A DNA stretch of 28,326 bases, taken from Thermoplasmatota archaeon (lineage in GTDB: Archaea; Thermoplasmatota; Penumbrarchaeia; Penumbrarchaeales; Penumbrarchaeaceae). This document shows positions 1 to 9,524 of the stretch, one piece after another. Under the pieces are notes generated by a model. It did not search any database, was not told where the DNA came from, and saw nothing but the letters and a program-made list of their open reading frames with translations. The translations under genes were made by a program, and so were the position numbers. The stretch is from NCBI GenBank assembly GCA_965234725.1, contig CBDDUX010000052.1:1-28326 (forward strand), in the 5' to 3' direction. How positions within the stretch are numbered: the stretch's first letter is position 1; every line of letters starts with the position of its first letter.

Positions 1-52
1 TGTATACGAAAATCCATCATATCTGGGAGGAACTTAGTGAAGTACTGAAACT

Positions 53-67
53 AAACCATTATTTAAA
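53..67 (+). promoter_or_regulatory. Candidate archaeal BRE/TATA element upstream of acyl-CoA dehydrogenase 1
   Basis: AAACCATTATTTAAA starts 34 nt before ATG 87 and there is no SD. A similar motif precedes the paralog at 5561. Confidence 0.4.
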
Positions 68-86
68 GGGTACAGACTACACCCCT

Positions 87-1226
87 ATGGACCTGGAGCT
101 TGATGAGGAAAAGAACAATGTCTTGCAGATGGTCAAGGACCTGTGTATCAATGAGTTCGCTCCCATGGCGGCACATTATGATAAGACAGAGGAGTTCCCC
201 ATTGAGAATGTTAAACGTATGGGCGAGCTTGGATTGATGGGCATCCTGATCCCGAAGGAATACGGGGGAGCAGGTCTGGACTCGATCACTTATGCGCTCA
301 TTATCGAGGAGATATCGAAAGCATGCGCATCTACCGGTGCCATTGCATCGGTCCATAACTCCCTGGCCCCGTATATCATCTACAAGTATGGTTCTGAGGA
401 CCAGAAACGCAAGTATATCCCTCCTCTGGCAAGAGGAGAGGTTATTGGGGCTTTTGCGGCAACCGAACCCAATGCAGGCACAGATCTTGGTTCGATGAAG
501 GCCACAGCGGTCCTTGATGGTGATAATTATATGATCAACGGATCGAAGACCTTCATAACTGCCGGTCCGAAGGCCGGAACTATCATCGTTTTTGCCCTTA
601 CGGATCCTGAGGCGGGATACAAAGGGGTCAGTGCATTCATCGCGGAATCATCGTATGAGGGATACGAGGTAGGATCTGTCTTTGAGAAGATGGGAATAAG
701 AGCCTCAGAAACCTCAGAACTGTTCTTCAATGACATGCTGGTCCCTAAAGAGAACCTTCTTGGAAAGGAGGGTGACGGATTCAAGATCGCCCTTTCAAGC
801 ATTGACGGAGGCCGTATCGGCATTTCCGCTCAGGCTGTTGGTATCGCTCAGGCCGCTCTTGAACACAGCATATCCTATTCAAAGGAGAGGATACAGTTCG
901 GCAAACCGATCGGCAAACTGCAGGCGATCCAATGGATGATATCCGATATGGCTACCAGGATCGAGGCATCAAGACTTCTTACGATTAATGCAGCGATGTT
1001 GAAGGACAAGGGAGTCAGGTTCGGTAAGGAAGCCGCCATGGCAAAACTATTCTCCTCGGAAACCGCGGTATTCTGCACGAATAAGGCCATCCAGATCCAT
1101 GGTGGTTACGGTTATATGAGGGATAAGGAGATAGAGAGATTGTACCGCGATGCCAAGATAACCGAGATCTATGAGGGGACCTCAGAAGCACAAAAAATGG
1201 TGATCGCCTCCAATCTTCTCAGGTGA
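87..1226 (+). CDS. acd: Short-chain acyl-CoA dehydrogenase (butyryl-CoA dehydrogenase-like), copy 1
   Basis: 379 aa with ACAD motifs [49 protein letters not shown] and catalytic-Glu motif IYEGTSE. Confidence 0.95.
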   Translation: MDLELDEEKNNVLQMVKDLCINEFAPMAAHYDKTEEFPIENVKRMGELGLMGILIPKEYGGAGLDSITYALIIEEISKACASTGAIASVHNSLAPYIIYKYGSEDQKRKYIPPLARGEVIGAFAATEPNAGTDLGSMKATAVLDGDNYMINGSKTFITAGPKAGTIIVFALTDPEAGYKGVSAFIAESSYEGYEVGSVFEKMGIRASETSELFFNDMLVPKENLLGKEGDGFKIALSSIDGGRIGISAQAVGIAQAALEHSISYSKERIQFGKPIGKLQAIQWMISDMATRIEASRLLTINAAMLKDKGVRFGKEAAMAKLFSSETAVFCTNKAIQIHGGYGYMRDKEIERLYRDAKITEIYEGTSEAQKMVIASNLLR

Positions 1227-1373
1227 ACATCACGATCCAACCGGATCATTCCCAGCATTTCCAAGGAAAGATGCACAGTTAGGACCAATGTCGATCCTTC
1301 GTCTTTGGGGTCCTTTACATGTTATCGGATATCAATATATACATTGACGGATGATTTTATCGGGGGATTCAAT

Positions 1374-1868
1374 ATGGTAGTTCCAGAAAATAAATTGAAG
1401 ATAAGCAAGCCTAAACCACTAGGCGAATTCAAGGAGTTCCTTGTCAAGGGCAATGTCCTGGCAATGGCCATCGGCATCATCATTGGCATAGCTTTCGGAG
1501 CAGTTATAAAATCAACTGTGGACGACGTCCTTATGCCGCCTGTCGGTCTTGCTCTGGGTGGAACGGATCTATCGAACACCTTCATTGTTCTCAAGGACGG
1601 AACCGTTGACGGTAATAAAACATCGGACTTCAACACCCTTGATGAAGCAAATGCTGCAGGCGCTGTAACCTTGCGGTATGGTCTTTTCATCAATTCACTG
1701 ATCAACTTCCTCATTATCGGGTTGATATTGTTCTTTGTAGTCAAATCAGCCGCAAAGATGGAGAAGAAAGCCGAAGAGCCGCCTCCGGAGACTAAACCCT
1801 GCCCGCACTGTGACACACAGATACCCATCAATGCTACAAGGTGCCCGAACTGCACCTCGAAACTCTAA
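1374..1868 (+). CDS. mscL: Large-conductance mechanosensitive channel with C-terminal zinc ribbon
   Basis: EFKEFLVKGNVLAMAIGIIIGIAFGAVI and YGLFINSLINFLII match MscL TM1/TM2. C-terminal CPHC..CPNC. Start moved to ATG 1374, which follows a GGGGGA SD. Confidence 0.92.
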   Translation: MVVPENKLKISKPKPLGEFKEFLVKGNVLAMAIGIIIGIAFGAVIKSTVDDVLMPPVGLALGGTDLSNTFIVLKDGTVDGNKTSDFNTLDEANAAGAVTLRYGLFINSLINFLIIGLILFFVVKSAAKMEKKAEEPPPETKPCPHCDTQIPINATRCPNCTSKL

Positions 1869-1883
1869 GATATGATATCCAGG

Positions 1884-2825
1884 TCACTTCAGGACCTGGG
1901 AAAGGACCTCTTCCGCTGCAGTATAGGGGTCCTTTTCTTTTTTCTCTATCTTATCGATCAGGTCTTCCACCTTCTCTTTGAAGACCGCTTCATCGAATAT
2001 CAGGTTCATCAATCGCTTCCTGATTATCTCCACCAGTTCTGCTTCGTACCTCCTCCTCCTTTTTACCCGGAACTGTTTGGTATCCATCAGGTATTCCATA
2101 TGTGAATCTATCTCATCGGAAATCTCTTTGATCCCGGTGCCAGTCTTTGCAATCGCCTGTAGGACCGGGACTCTCCTATCTCCTTTGTCCGTCGTAAGGT
2201 CCACCAGGCTCTCGATCTCGGCAACTGTCCTATCTATTCCGGGCCTGTCGGCTTTATTGATCACATAGATATCTGCGATCTCCATTATTCCGGCCTTGAT
2301 GGCCTGGATGGAATCCCCGAGGCCGGGAACAAGAACGACAAGGGTCGTATCTGCGATCTTGATCACATCAACCTCTGCCTGTCCCACACCAACGGTCTCG
2401 ACCATGATCACATCCTTGCCGGATGCATCGAGGATCTCCACGGTATCGTATACAGCACCAGTCAAGCCTCCCAGCATACCACGGGTCCCCATGGACCTGA
2501 TGAAGATCTCGTCATCAGTGGCCAGTTTCATCATCCTGATCCTGTCACCAAGGAGAGCTCCACCGCTGAAGGGACTGGTAGGGTCGATCGCTATGATCCC
2601 GACACTCTTTCCCTGTTTTCTGTATTCGAGCGCCATCTCGGAGACCAATGTCGATTTTCCAGCTCCCATCACTCCTGTTATACCGATGACCTGAGCTTTA
2701 CCACTGGCCTTGTGCAGTTCCTTCATCGGTTCGATGGCCTCCGGAGAACTGTTCTCGGCAAGACTGATCATCCTTGCAATGGCCCTTGGTTCCCCCTCGA
2801 GGACCCTCCGGGCGAGGTCGATCAT
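1884..2825 (-). CDS. meaB: Acyl-CoA mutase-associated GTPase chaperone (MeaB/ArgK)
   Basis: [13 protein letters not shown]-loop, [25 protein letters not shown] and NKAD. Overlaps the upstream B12-binding gene (ATGA). Confidence 0.95.
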   Translation of the reverse strand: MIDLARRVLEGEPRAIARMISLAENSSPEAIEPMKELHKASGKAQVIGITGVMGAGKSTLVSEMALEYRKQGKSVGIIAIDPTSPFSGGALLGDRIRMMKLATDDEIFIRSMGTRGMLGGLTGAVYDTVEILDASGKDVIMVETVGVGQAEVDVIKIADTTLVVLVPGLGDSIQAIKAGIMEIADIYVINKADRPGIDRTVAEIESLVDLTTDKGDRRVPVLQAIAKTGTGIKEISDEIDSHMEYLMDTKQFRVKRRRRYEAELVEIIRKRLMNLIFDEAVFKEKVEDLIDKIEKKEKDPYTAAEEVLSQVLK

Positions 2826-3217
2826 TCTTTCACGTTCTCCCTTATGAATTTGATGATATCTTCCATATGGGTCCCGGGTCCGAACACCCCTTTGATACCG
2901 GCCTTGTTAAGTTCGGGAATGTCCTCTTCCGGGATTATTCCTCCACCCATGACCAGAACATCATCCATCCCCTTTTCTTTCAATAGGTTGGTTACATCGG
3001 TGAAGAGGGTCATATGTGCTCCTGAAAGAAGGCTGAGGCCTATGACATCAACATCTTCCTGGATGGCTGTCTGTATCACCATTTCCGCGGACTGGTGGAG
3101 ACCCGTATAAATGACCTCCATTCCTGCATCCCTGAGTGCTCTTGCAACGACCTTGGCACCTCTGTCATGGCCGTCAAGACCGGGTTTTGCAACCAGTACC
3201 CTGATCTTCCTTTCCAT
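2822..3217 (-). CDS. Acyl-CoA mutase small, cobalamin-binding subunit (IcmB/Mcm-C type)
   Basis: [11 protein letters not shown] (DxHxxG), GLSLLSGAH and GGIIP. Best-spaced start is ATG 3217 after GGAGTGA; alternatives are 3223 and 3226. Confidence 0.93.
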   Translation of the reverse strand: MERKIRVLVAKPGLDGHDRGAKVVARALRDAGMEVIYTGLHQSAEMVIQTAIQEDVDVIGLSLLSGAHMTLFTDVTNLLKEKGMDDVLVMGGGIIPEEDIPELNKAGIKGVFGPGTHMEDIIKFIRENVKE

Positions 3218-3238
3218 CTTCATCACTCCAGTTTGACT

Positions 3239-4915
3239 CTAGAATATTGCGGGTTCCTCGTATTCCCCGAATACTTCTCTCAGGACCTGGCAGGTTTCAC
3301 CAAGGGTATTGTAAGCGTGAACACACTCGAGGATATACGGCATTGTGTTCTCATCACCCTCGGCAGCCCTCCTCAATCTTTCCAATGCTTTATCGGCTTT
3401 GGACTGGTCCCTTTCCGCCCTGAGCTTCTTCAATCTATTGAATTGGATCTCTTCTCCTTTCTTGTCCATCTCGAGGATGGGGATGCCTATCTCTTCGTCC
3501 AACCGGTATTTGTTGACCCCGACAACGGTCCTCTCTCCGGAATCGATCTCCTTCTGGAGCTTGTAGGACGCTTCGGCGATCTCCCTCTGGAAGAAAGACC
3601 TCTCAATTGCCGGTATCACGCCCCCGAAGCTCTCGATCTTGTCGAAATACTTCATGGTCTCCTCTTCCATCCGATCGGTCAGCCATTCAAGATAGTATGA
3701 ACCCCCCAATGGATCCGCTGTTGCCGTGACTCCAGTTTCCTCCTCTATTACCTGCTGGGTCCTAAGAGCAAGTCTAACAGCTTTTTCAGAGGGGAGGGCC
3801 AGAGCCTCGTCCATGGAGTTCGTATGAAGGGATTGTGTTCCTCCCAATACCGCGGCCATGGCCTGGATCGCTACCCGGATAAGGTTGACCTCGGGCTGCT
3901 GGGCAGTGAGGCTGACCCCCGCGGTCTGCGTATGGAACCTCATGAGCATGGACCTCTGTTTCTTTGCTCCCAGTTCCTTCATCCCATTTGCCCATATCCT
4001 TCTGGCGGCTCTGTATTTTGCTATCTCCTCGAAGAAATCATTATGTGCATTGAAGAAGAAGCTCAACCTGGGGGCGAACGCATCGATGTCCAATCCCCTC
4101 TCCATTGCAGCCTTGACATAAGCGAATCCGTCCGCGAGTGTGAAAGCCAGTTCCTGGACCGCAGTGGATCCCGCCTCTCTGATATGATATCCGCTAATAG
4201 AGATAGTATTCCATTTCGGGATCTCCTTGAATCCGAATTCGAAGGTATCCACGGTTAACCTCATTGAAGGACCTGGAGGGAAAATGAAGGATTTCTGTGC
4301 GATGTATTCCTTCAATACATCATTTTGAATGGTCCCCCCTATCCGATCTCTGGAAATGCCTCTATTATCAGCATTTGCAATGTAGAAAGCCCACACGATA
4401 GGGGCCGGTCCGTTAATGGTCATTGAAGTTGTTATCCTGTCCACAGGTATATCCTTGAAAAGGATCTCCATGTCCTTCAGTGATGAGATCGCAACCCCGC
4501 ATTTACCGAACTCCCCTCTTGCCATAGGATGATCGGAATCGTATCCGTAAAGAGTGGGGTAGTCGAAGGCCACACTCAATCCTGTCTCTCCGTGCTCGAG
4601 AAGATATTTGTACCTTTGATTTGTCTCTTCAGCTGTTCCGAAACCAGCGAACTGCCTCATCGTCCAGACCTTGCCGCGGTACATGGTGGAGTGGACGCCG
4701 CGAAGGTAGGGGAATTCACCCGGAAATCCGGACCTTTCAAGATAATCATCTTTACTGATATCAAGGGGTGTGTAGAGCTCCTTAATCTCGGTCCAGGAAA
4801 GGTTCTCGAAACTCTCCTTCATTTCACCTTTCTTTTCCTTGAGCGGCATGTAGCAGGTCTTCTCCCATTCACGCCTTCTTCTTTCCAATTCGTTCAATAC
4901 CTTTTTGTCGAACAT
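3239..4915 (-). CDS. icmA: B12-dependent acyl-CoA mutase large subunit, isobutyryl-CoA mutase (IcmA)-type specificity residues
   Basis: 558 aa mutase TIM barrel with [18 protein letters not shown] (F89), [12 protein letters not shown] (Q207), SGYHIREAG and [17 protein letters not shown]. The family call is secure; the substrate call is inferred from residues. Confidence 0.8.
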   Translation of the reverse strand: MFDKKVLNELERRRREWEKTCYMPLKEKKGEMKESFENLSWTEIKELYTPLDISKDDYLERSGFPGEFPYLRGVHSTMYRGKVWTMRQFAGFGTAEETNQRYKYLLEHGETGLSVAFDYPTLYGYDSDHPMARGEFGKCGVAISSLKDMEILFKDIPVDRITTSMTINGPAPIVWAFYIANADNRGISRDRIGGTIQNDVLKEYIAQKSFIFPPGPSMRLTVDTFEFGFKEIPKWNTISISGYHIREAGSTAVQELAFTLADGFAYVKAAMERGLDIDAFAPRLSFFFNAHNDFFEEIAKYRAARRIWANGMKELGAKKQRSMLMRFHTQTAGVSLTAQQPEVNLIRVAIQAMAAVLGGTQSLHTNSMDEALALPSEKAVRLALRTQQVIEEETGVTATADPLGGSYYLEWLTDRMEEETMKYFDKIESFGGVIPAIERSFFQREIAEASYKLQKEIDSGERTVVGVNKYRLDEEIGIPILEMDKKGEEIQFNRLKKLRAERDQSKADKALERLRRAAEGDENTMPYILECVHAYNTLGETCQVLREVFGEYEEPAIF

Positions 4916-4930
4916 ACGGACACCTCGATC

Positions 4931-5455
4931 TCAGAATTCGATCCCTTTCCTTGCAGCCACTCCCTTCTGGTAGAAGTGTTTAACTTCTCGCATCTCGGTG
5001 ACAAGGTCCGCGATGTCGATCAATTCCTGAGGGGCGTACCTTCCGGTGAAGATAAGCTCCATCCCAATGGGCTTATTGACTGCCAGTTCCAGGATATCTT
5101 CGACCTTCACCAGACCGAAATCGATCGCAACATTGATCTCATCCAGAATAACAAGGTCATGTTCCCCTTTACTGATGACCTGTTTCGCTCTTTCAAGTCC
5201 TCTTTCCGCGAGTTCAATATCCACCATCTCCGGTTCCTCTTTGGAAACGAACTCATCTCTCCCGTACTGTTCAATGGTGAATCCGGGGAGGAACCCAACT
5301 GAATCGATCTCGCTGTACCTTCTCCCCTTCATGAACTGTATCATGATGACCCTGCATCCGTCTCCTGAAGCCCTCAATCCGAGTCCAAGAGAGGCTGTGG
5401 TCTTTCCTTTCCCGTTCCCTGTATATACCTGGATATAACCGCGTTCGAAGGACAT
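4931..5455 (-). CDS. cobO: Cob(I)alamin adenosyltransferase (CobA/CobO/BtuR family)
   Basis: YTGNGKGKTTA, IQFMKG, LVILDEI, TGRYAP, ADLVTEM and GIEF. Likely start is ATG 5455 with an AGGGGA SD; the ORF track extends to 5518. Confidence 0.93.
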   Translation of the reverse strand: MSFERGYIQVYTGNGKGKTTASLGLGLRASGDGCRVIMIQFMKGRRYSEIDSVGFLPGFTIEQYGRDEFVSKEEPEMVDIELAERGLERAKQVISKGEHDLVILDEINVAIDFGLVKVEDILELAVNKPIGMELIFTGRYAPQELIDIADLVTEMREVKHFYQKGVAARKGIEF

Positions 5456-5596
5456 GGCCAATTCCCCTAATGTCCTATTCGATTTATTACTTTCTTCAAT
5501 AAGAAGACCATATGTCATATCTCAACTGTTTTTTATCAGTTCCATTGGTATGCTAGATAGAAACCTTTATTTTTTAAAATCCCGATGGGCGGCCGC
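5456..5596. promoter_or_regulatory. AT-rich divergent promoter region between the mutase operon and acyl-CoA dehydrogenase 2
   Basis: The flanking genes diverge. AAACCTTTATTTTTTAAAA at 5561-5579 resembles BRE/TATA. Confidence 0.5.
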
Positions 5597-6736
5597 ATGA
5601 TTCTCGAACTTAACGAACAGCAAAGAATGATCAGGAACATGGTGAGGGAGTTCGCCGAGAAGGAGGTCAAGCCCAGAGCTGCCGAACTCGACGAAAAGGA
5701 GGAGTATCCAACAGAATCCCTGAAGAGGATGGCTGAGCTCGGGATCCTGGGAACCATAATTCCCCAGGAATATGGTGGGGCAGGTCTGGACAATGTGACC
5801 TACGCCACCGTTATAGAGGAGATCTCAAGGGCTTGCGCATCAACAGGTGTTGTAACCTCCGTTCATAATTCCCTGACCTCATGGCCGATCATGACCTATG
5901 GGACCGAGGAACAGAAGAAAAAATACCTTCCCATCCTTGCAAAGGGGGAGAAGATAGGAGCTTTCGGAGGCACAGAACCCAATGCGGGATCTGACCTCGG
6001 AGCAATGCAGACCACTGCGGAATTGAAGGGTGACAAATACATCATCAATGGAACAAAGACATTCATTACGAGCGGTCCCAAAGCAGGGATCATAATCGTC
6101 TTTGCGGTCACCAACAAGGAGCTTGGTCCCAAAGGCATAAGCGCTTTCATTGTGGAGAGCAATTTCAAAGGTTATAGCGTAGGGGGAATATTCGACAAGA
6201 TCGGGATCAATGCCTCCCTCACCTCCGAACTTTTATTCGAGGATATGGAGGTCCCCAAGGAGAACCTTCTCGGAAAGGAGGGTGAGGGTTTCAAGATCGC
6301 TCTTGCCACCCTTGACGGTGGAAGGATCGGGATCGCCGCTCAGGCTGTTGGTATAGCCCAGGCAGCAATGGATGAATCCATCGAATATTCCAAGAACAGG
6401 CAGCAGTTCGGAAGGCCGATCTCAAAGTTCCAGGCAATACAATGGATGCTTGCCGAGATGGCAACGAACATCGAGGCGGCCAGGTTCCTCGTGTTGAATG
6501 CTGCGTACGCAAAGGACCAGGGAAAGAGGATAAGCAAGCAAGCGGCAATGGCAAAACTCTTCGCAGCCGAGACCGCTGTCGATGTCACGAACAAGGCGAT
6601 CCAGGTCCATGGCGGATACGGCTATACCAAGGAATATCCCGTGGAACGGCTCTACCGTGATGCAAGGATCACGGGCATCTATGAAGGGACATCCGAGGTC
6701 ATGAAGATGGTCATATCCGGAGCACTTCTGCACTAG
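5597..6736 (+). CDS. acd: Short-chain acyl-CoA dehydrogenase, copy 2
   Basis: Same ACAD motifs (TEPNAGSD, GRIGIAAQAVG, HGGYGY, IYEGTSE) and colinear with 87..1226. Start 5597 matches the paralog's length; alternative is 5585. Confidence 0.95.
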   Translation: MILELNEQQRMIRNMVREFAEKEVKPRAAELDEKEEYPTESLKRMAELGILGTIIPQEYGGAGLDNVTYATVIEEISRACASTGVVTSVHNSLTSWPIMTYGTEEQKKKYLPILAKGEKIGAFGGTEPNAGSDLGAMQTTAELKGDKYIINGTKTFITSGPKAGIIIVFAVTNKELGPKGISAFIVESNFKGYSVGGIFDKIGINASLTSELLFEDMEVPKENLLGKEGEGFKIALATLDGGRIGIAAQAVGIAQAAMDESIEYSKNRQQFGRPISKFQAIQWMLAEMATNIEAARFLVLNAAYAKDQGKRISKQAAMAKLFAAETAVDVTNKAIQVHGGYGYTKEYPVERLYRDARITGIYEGTSEVMKMVISGALLH

Positions 6737-6860
6737 ATCTGAAATTCATTGGGGGGCCATTTTGGAGGATCTCGATCATTTGAACGAAGAACGTATCTTG
6801 AGATGGAACCTTTCCGAGTTCCGGAATCATCTATATGATACCTCCATCATACTCCCTTCC

Positions 6861-7150
6861 AGAGGGAAGGACCTTATATTGACGGCATGGTACAGGGTAT
6901 TGCCTTTAGAGGTCGATCCCACTCTGATAGAACATCCCGCCGCACAGAAGACCGCTGCAGTCTTCCCTTCGGATAACGGAGGGGAGCGGGATGGTCAAGG
7001 CCTTCATCCTTCTGAACAAAGGAAACGAGGCAGGGAGGCGGTCCTCGGGGTATCCAGAACACCATGGAGGAGAACACCCCTCTGAAATAGCGATATAGAA
7101 AGATGGAGTTTGTAAAGGAAATACCGAAAACTCAATCAGGTAAGATAATG
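6861..7150 (+). pseudogene. Decayed C-terminal remnant of an AMP-forming acyl-CoA synthetase
   Basis: Three frames give RGKDLILTAWYRVLPLEVDPTLIEHPA, then MVKAFILLNKG (6991), then IQNTMEENTPLK*RYRKMEFVKEIPKTQSGKIM. These match the ANL-family A8 to A10 region (R.DD.I...GYRI.P.EVE..L..HPA, VKAFIVL, PKT.SGKI). Two frameshifts and a TAG at 7088. Confidence 0.8.
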
Positions 7151-7216
7151 GAAGGTCGATGGGAAAACCTCAATGGAAGATCAAAGAAAACGGATCCAGT
7201 AATCGGAGTGAGAGAA

Positions 7217-7981
7217 ATGAACATCGTGGTATGTGCAAAACAGGTTGTGGATGTTGGGGAGATCAAGTTGAATCCCTCCACCAACAAACCCGTGATCGAC
7301 GGGATCCCAAAGAAGATCAGCGATATCGACAAGAATGCCGTGGAGGAGGCGATCAGGATAAAGGATAAGGTAGGTGGTAAGATCACTATCCTGACCGTAG
7401 GCCCTCCGGACGCCAGGGAGAAGGTAAAGGAACTTCTTGCCATGGGGGCGGATGAGGGAGTGATCGTTCAGCCTCCGGAAAAGGCCGATTATCACCTTAT
7501 AGGTAAGGCGCTGGCAAAAGGAATCGAGAAGATAGGCGGTGTTGACCTTGTCCTCTGCGGGGAAGCTTCCATCGATATGTTCTCCGGACAGGTCGGTCCA
7601 AGGATAGCAGGATATCTCAACATCCCCCAGATCACCTATGCCTTCAAACTGGAGGCGGGAGGGGACCGGATCGTTGCTGATCGGAACATGGGGGATAAGA
7701 TGGTGAGGACGGAATCCTCCTACCCGACAGTCGTAACGGTCACTAAAGAGATCAATGAACCAAGGCTTCCGAGCCTAATGCAGATCCTTGGCTCAGCCAG
7801 TAAACCGATAAACAACTGGTCCCTGGCGGATATTGGAATGGAAGGGGACCAGCCAAAATTGAATGTGGTTGATGTAAACGGCATTGGGATGGAGAGGAAG
7901 AACATAGTCTTCAAGGATGACATTGACGAAGCAGTGAACGAACTTGCCAATAAATTGGCCAAGGATGGAGTCCTGGGGTGA
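7217..7981 (+). CDS. etfB: Electron transfer flavoprotein beta subunit
   Basis: MNIVVCAKQV, DKNAVEEAIRIK, LAMGAD, GQVGP and INEPRLPSL. True start is 7217 after a GGAGTGA SD; the 7103 extension belongs to the pseudogene. Confidence 0.93.
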   Translation: MNIVVCAKQVVDVGEIKLNPSTNKPVIDGIPKKISDIDKNAVEEAIRIKDKVGGKITILTVGPPDAREKVKELLAMGADEGVIVQPPEKADYHLIGKALAKGIEKIGGVDLVLCGEASIDMFSGQVGPRIAGYLNIPQITYAFKLEAGGDRIVADRNMGDKMVRTESSYPTVVTVTKEINEPRLPSLMQILGSASKPINNWSLADIGMEGDQPKLNVVDVNGIGMERKNIVFKDDIDEAVNELANKLAKDGVLG

Positions 7982-7985
7982 TATC

Positions 7986-8939
7986 ATGGTTATGGTGTAT
8001 TCAGATAATGAGAAGAACGGTCTGGAACTCCTTTCGAAGGGAAGGGAGCTTGCGGATGCCAAAGGGTCCAAGCTTACAGCTGTGGTAATGGGACCTGATG
8101 CAAGGTCCGTTGCGGAGAAATATATCAGATTCGGAGCGGACAGGGTAATTGTTGCGGGTACAAGTATGGATCAACCCAAGGCCGAAGAGTCAGCTGACAT
8201 CCTGGAAGCTATCATAAAGGCAGAAGGTCCCTCCGTATTGATGATATCCTCAACAAAGAACGGAAAGGAACTGGCTCCCAGACTTGCGGCAAGGCTTGAT
8301 GCGGGATCTGCATCCGATGTTACCAAGATCGATCTCGAGGGAGAGAACATCGTAGTGGAGCGTGTGGTCTACAGCGGCAACGCCATCTCCAAAGAGATGT
8401 TCACATCCTCACCTGCAATAGTGACAGTTCCAGCAAAGACGTTCGATCCCCTTCCAGAGAATGCTTCAAGAACAGGGGAGATCGTGGAATCCGACATCCT
8501 TCCTTCAGAACATGGATCAAAGATACTGGAGGTCCAGACGATGAGGTCCGAAGGAGCCAACGTCGAGGATGCGGAAATAATCGTATCCTGCGGACGCGGG
8601 TTCAAGAACAGTGAGGACCTGAAGCTTATAGAAGATCTCGCCGGAACCTTGAACGGAGTGACCCTGGGGTGTTCAAGACCGATCGCAGCGGACCTGAAAT
8701 GGCTTTCGGAGGACCACTGGATAGGTCTATCCGGCCACAAGGTCAAACCAAAATTGTATGTTGCATGCGGTATCTCCGGACAGATCCAGCATGTTGCAGG
8801 TATGAGGGATTCAGGCATCATAGTGGCTATAAACAAGGACCCCGATGCCCCCATATTCAATTCCGCCGATTACGGCATCGTGGGAGACCTCTACAAGGTC
8901 CTTCCCAAACTCATAGACGCCATCAAGACCCGGAAGTAG
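7986..8939 (+). CDS. etfA: Electron transfer flavoprotein alpha subunit
   Basis: AEIIVSCGRG, GCSRP, IGLSG, PKLYVACGISGQIQHVAGM and AINKDPDAPIF. Start 7986 follows GGGGTGA. Confidence 0.93.
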   Translation: MVMVYSDNEKNGLELLSKGRELADAKGSKLTAVVMGPDARSVAEKYIRFGADRVIVAGTSMDQPKAEESADILEAIIKAEGPSVLMISSTKNGKELAPRLAARLDAGSASDVTKIDLEGENIVVERVVYSGNAISKEMFTSSPAIVTVPAKTFDPLPENASRTGEIVESDILPSEHGSKILEVQTMRSEGANVEDAEIIVSCGRGFKNSEDLKLIEDLAGTLNGVTLGCSRPIAADLKWLSEDHWIGLSGHKVKPKLYVACGISGQIQHVAGMRDSGIIVAINKDPDAPIFNSADYGIVGDLYKVLPKLIDAIKTRK

Positions 8940-8986
8940 GGTCCAGGCTCATATCATGATCATTCTATCGTTCCGAGGGGGATCCC

Positions 8987-9514
8987 ATGAGCATAACAGA
9001 CTTGACCTCTATGGCAGAGGCGGATAAGGCCAGAAGGCTGGAGATCAACCAGAGGCTGCAGAAGCTGGCGGAGGAGGTTTCGGACCACTGTTATCAGTGT
9101 GCCAAATGCACTTCCGGTTGTGAGGCCCATAAACTGCTGGAACTGGAACCTCACAGGATCGTGGCCCTTTTGAAAAGGGGCCTTATAGACGAGTTGATCA
9201 ATTCCGAGATCATCTGGACCTGCATGAGCTGCTTCAAATGCAAGGAAAGGTGCCCTCAGAATGTGGCCCCTGTTAACATCTTATTCACCTTGAAGAACCT
9301 GGCAGTTGCAAGTGGAAAACAGGTCCCTGGTGATTATACGGCCATGCTCCAATCTGTCATGGGCATGGGCCTCATGCAGAACGAACAATCCGTTCCCACC
9401 AGGGAAGGGGAGACCCGCAATAGAGAGGAGCTGGGACTATGCCCCTGTTCCAAACCCATGGACCCGGTAAAGTTCCAGGGTATGATAATGACGGTAGCAA
9501 TGGAGAAAGTATAG
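8987..9514 (+). CDS. hdrC: Heterodisulfide reductase subunit C-like 2[4Fe-4S] protein
   Basis: CYQCAKCTSGC and IWTCMSCFKCKERCPQ; directly upstream of hdrB. Confidence 0.85.
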   Translation: MSITDLTSMAEADKARRLEINQRLQKLAEEVSDHCYQCAKCTSGCEAHKLLELEPHRIVALLKRGLIDELINSEIIWTCMSCFKCKERCPQNVAPVNILFTLKNLAVASGKQVPGDYTAMLQSVMGMGLMQNEQSVPTREGETRNREELGLCPCSKPMDPVKFQGMIMTVAMEKV

Positions 9515-9524
9515 GTGATAGAAA

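Noticed and set aside
6762-7085. 107-aa ORF as a real standalone protein
   Set aside because: TTG start, and only its middle matches a family; the homology continues in other frames, so it is treated as part of the pseudogene.
7103-7216. N-terminal extension of EtfB in the ORF track
   Set aside because: It is the tail of the acyl-CoA synthetase pseudogene; the EtfB consensus start and SD are at 7217.
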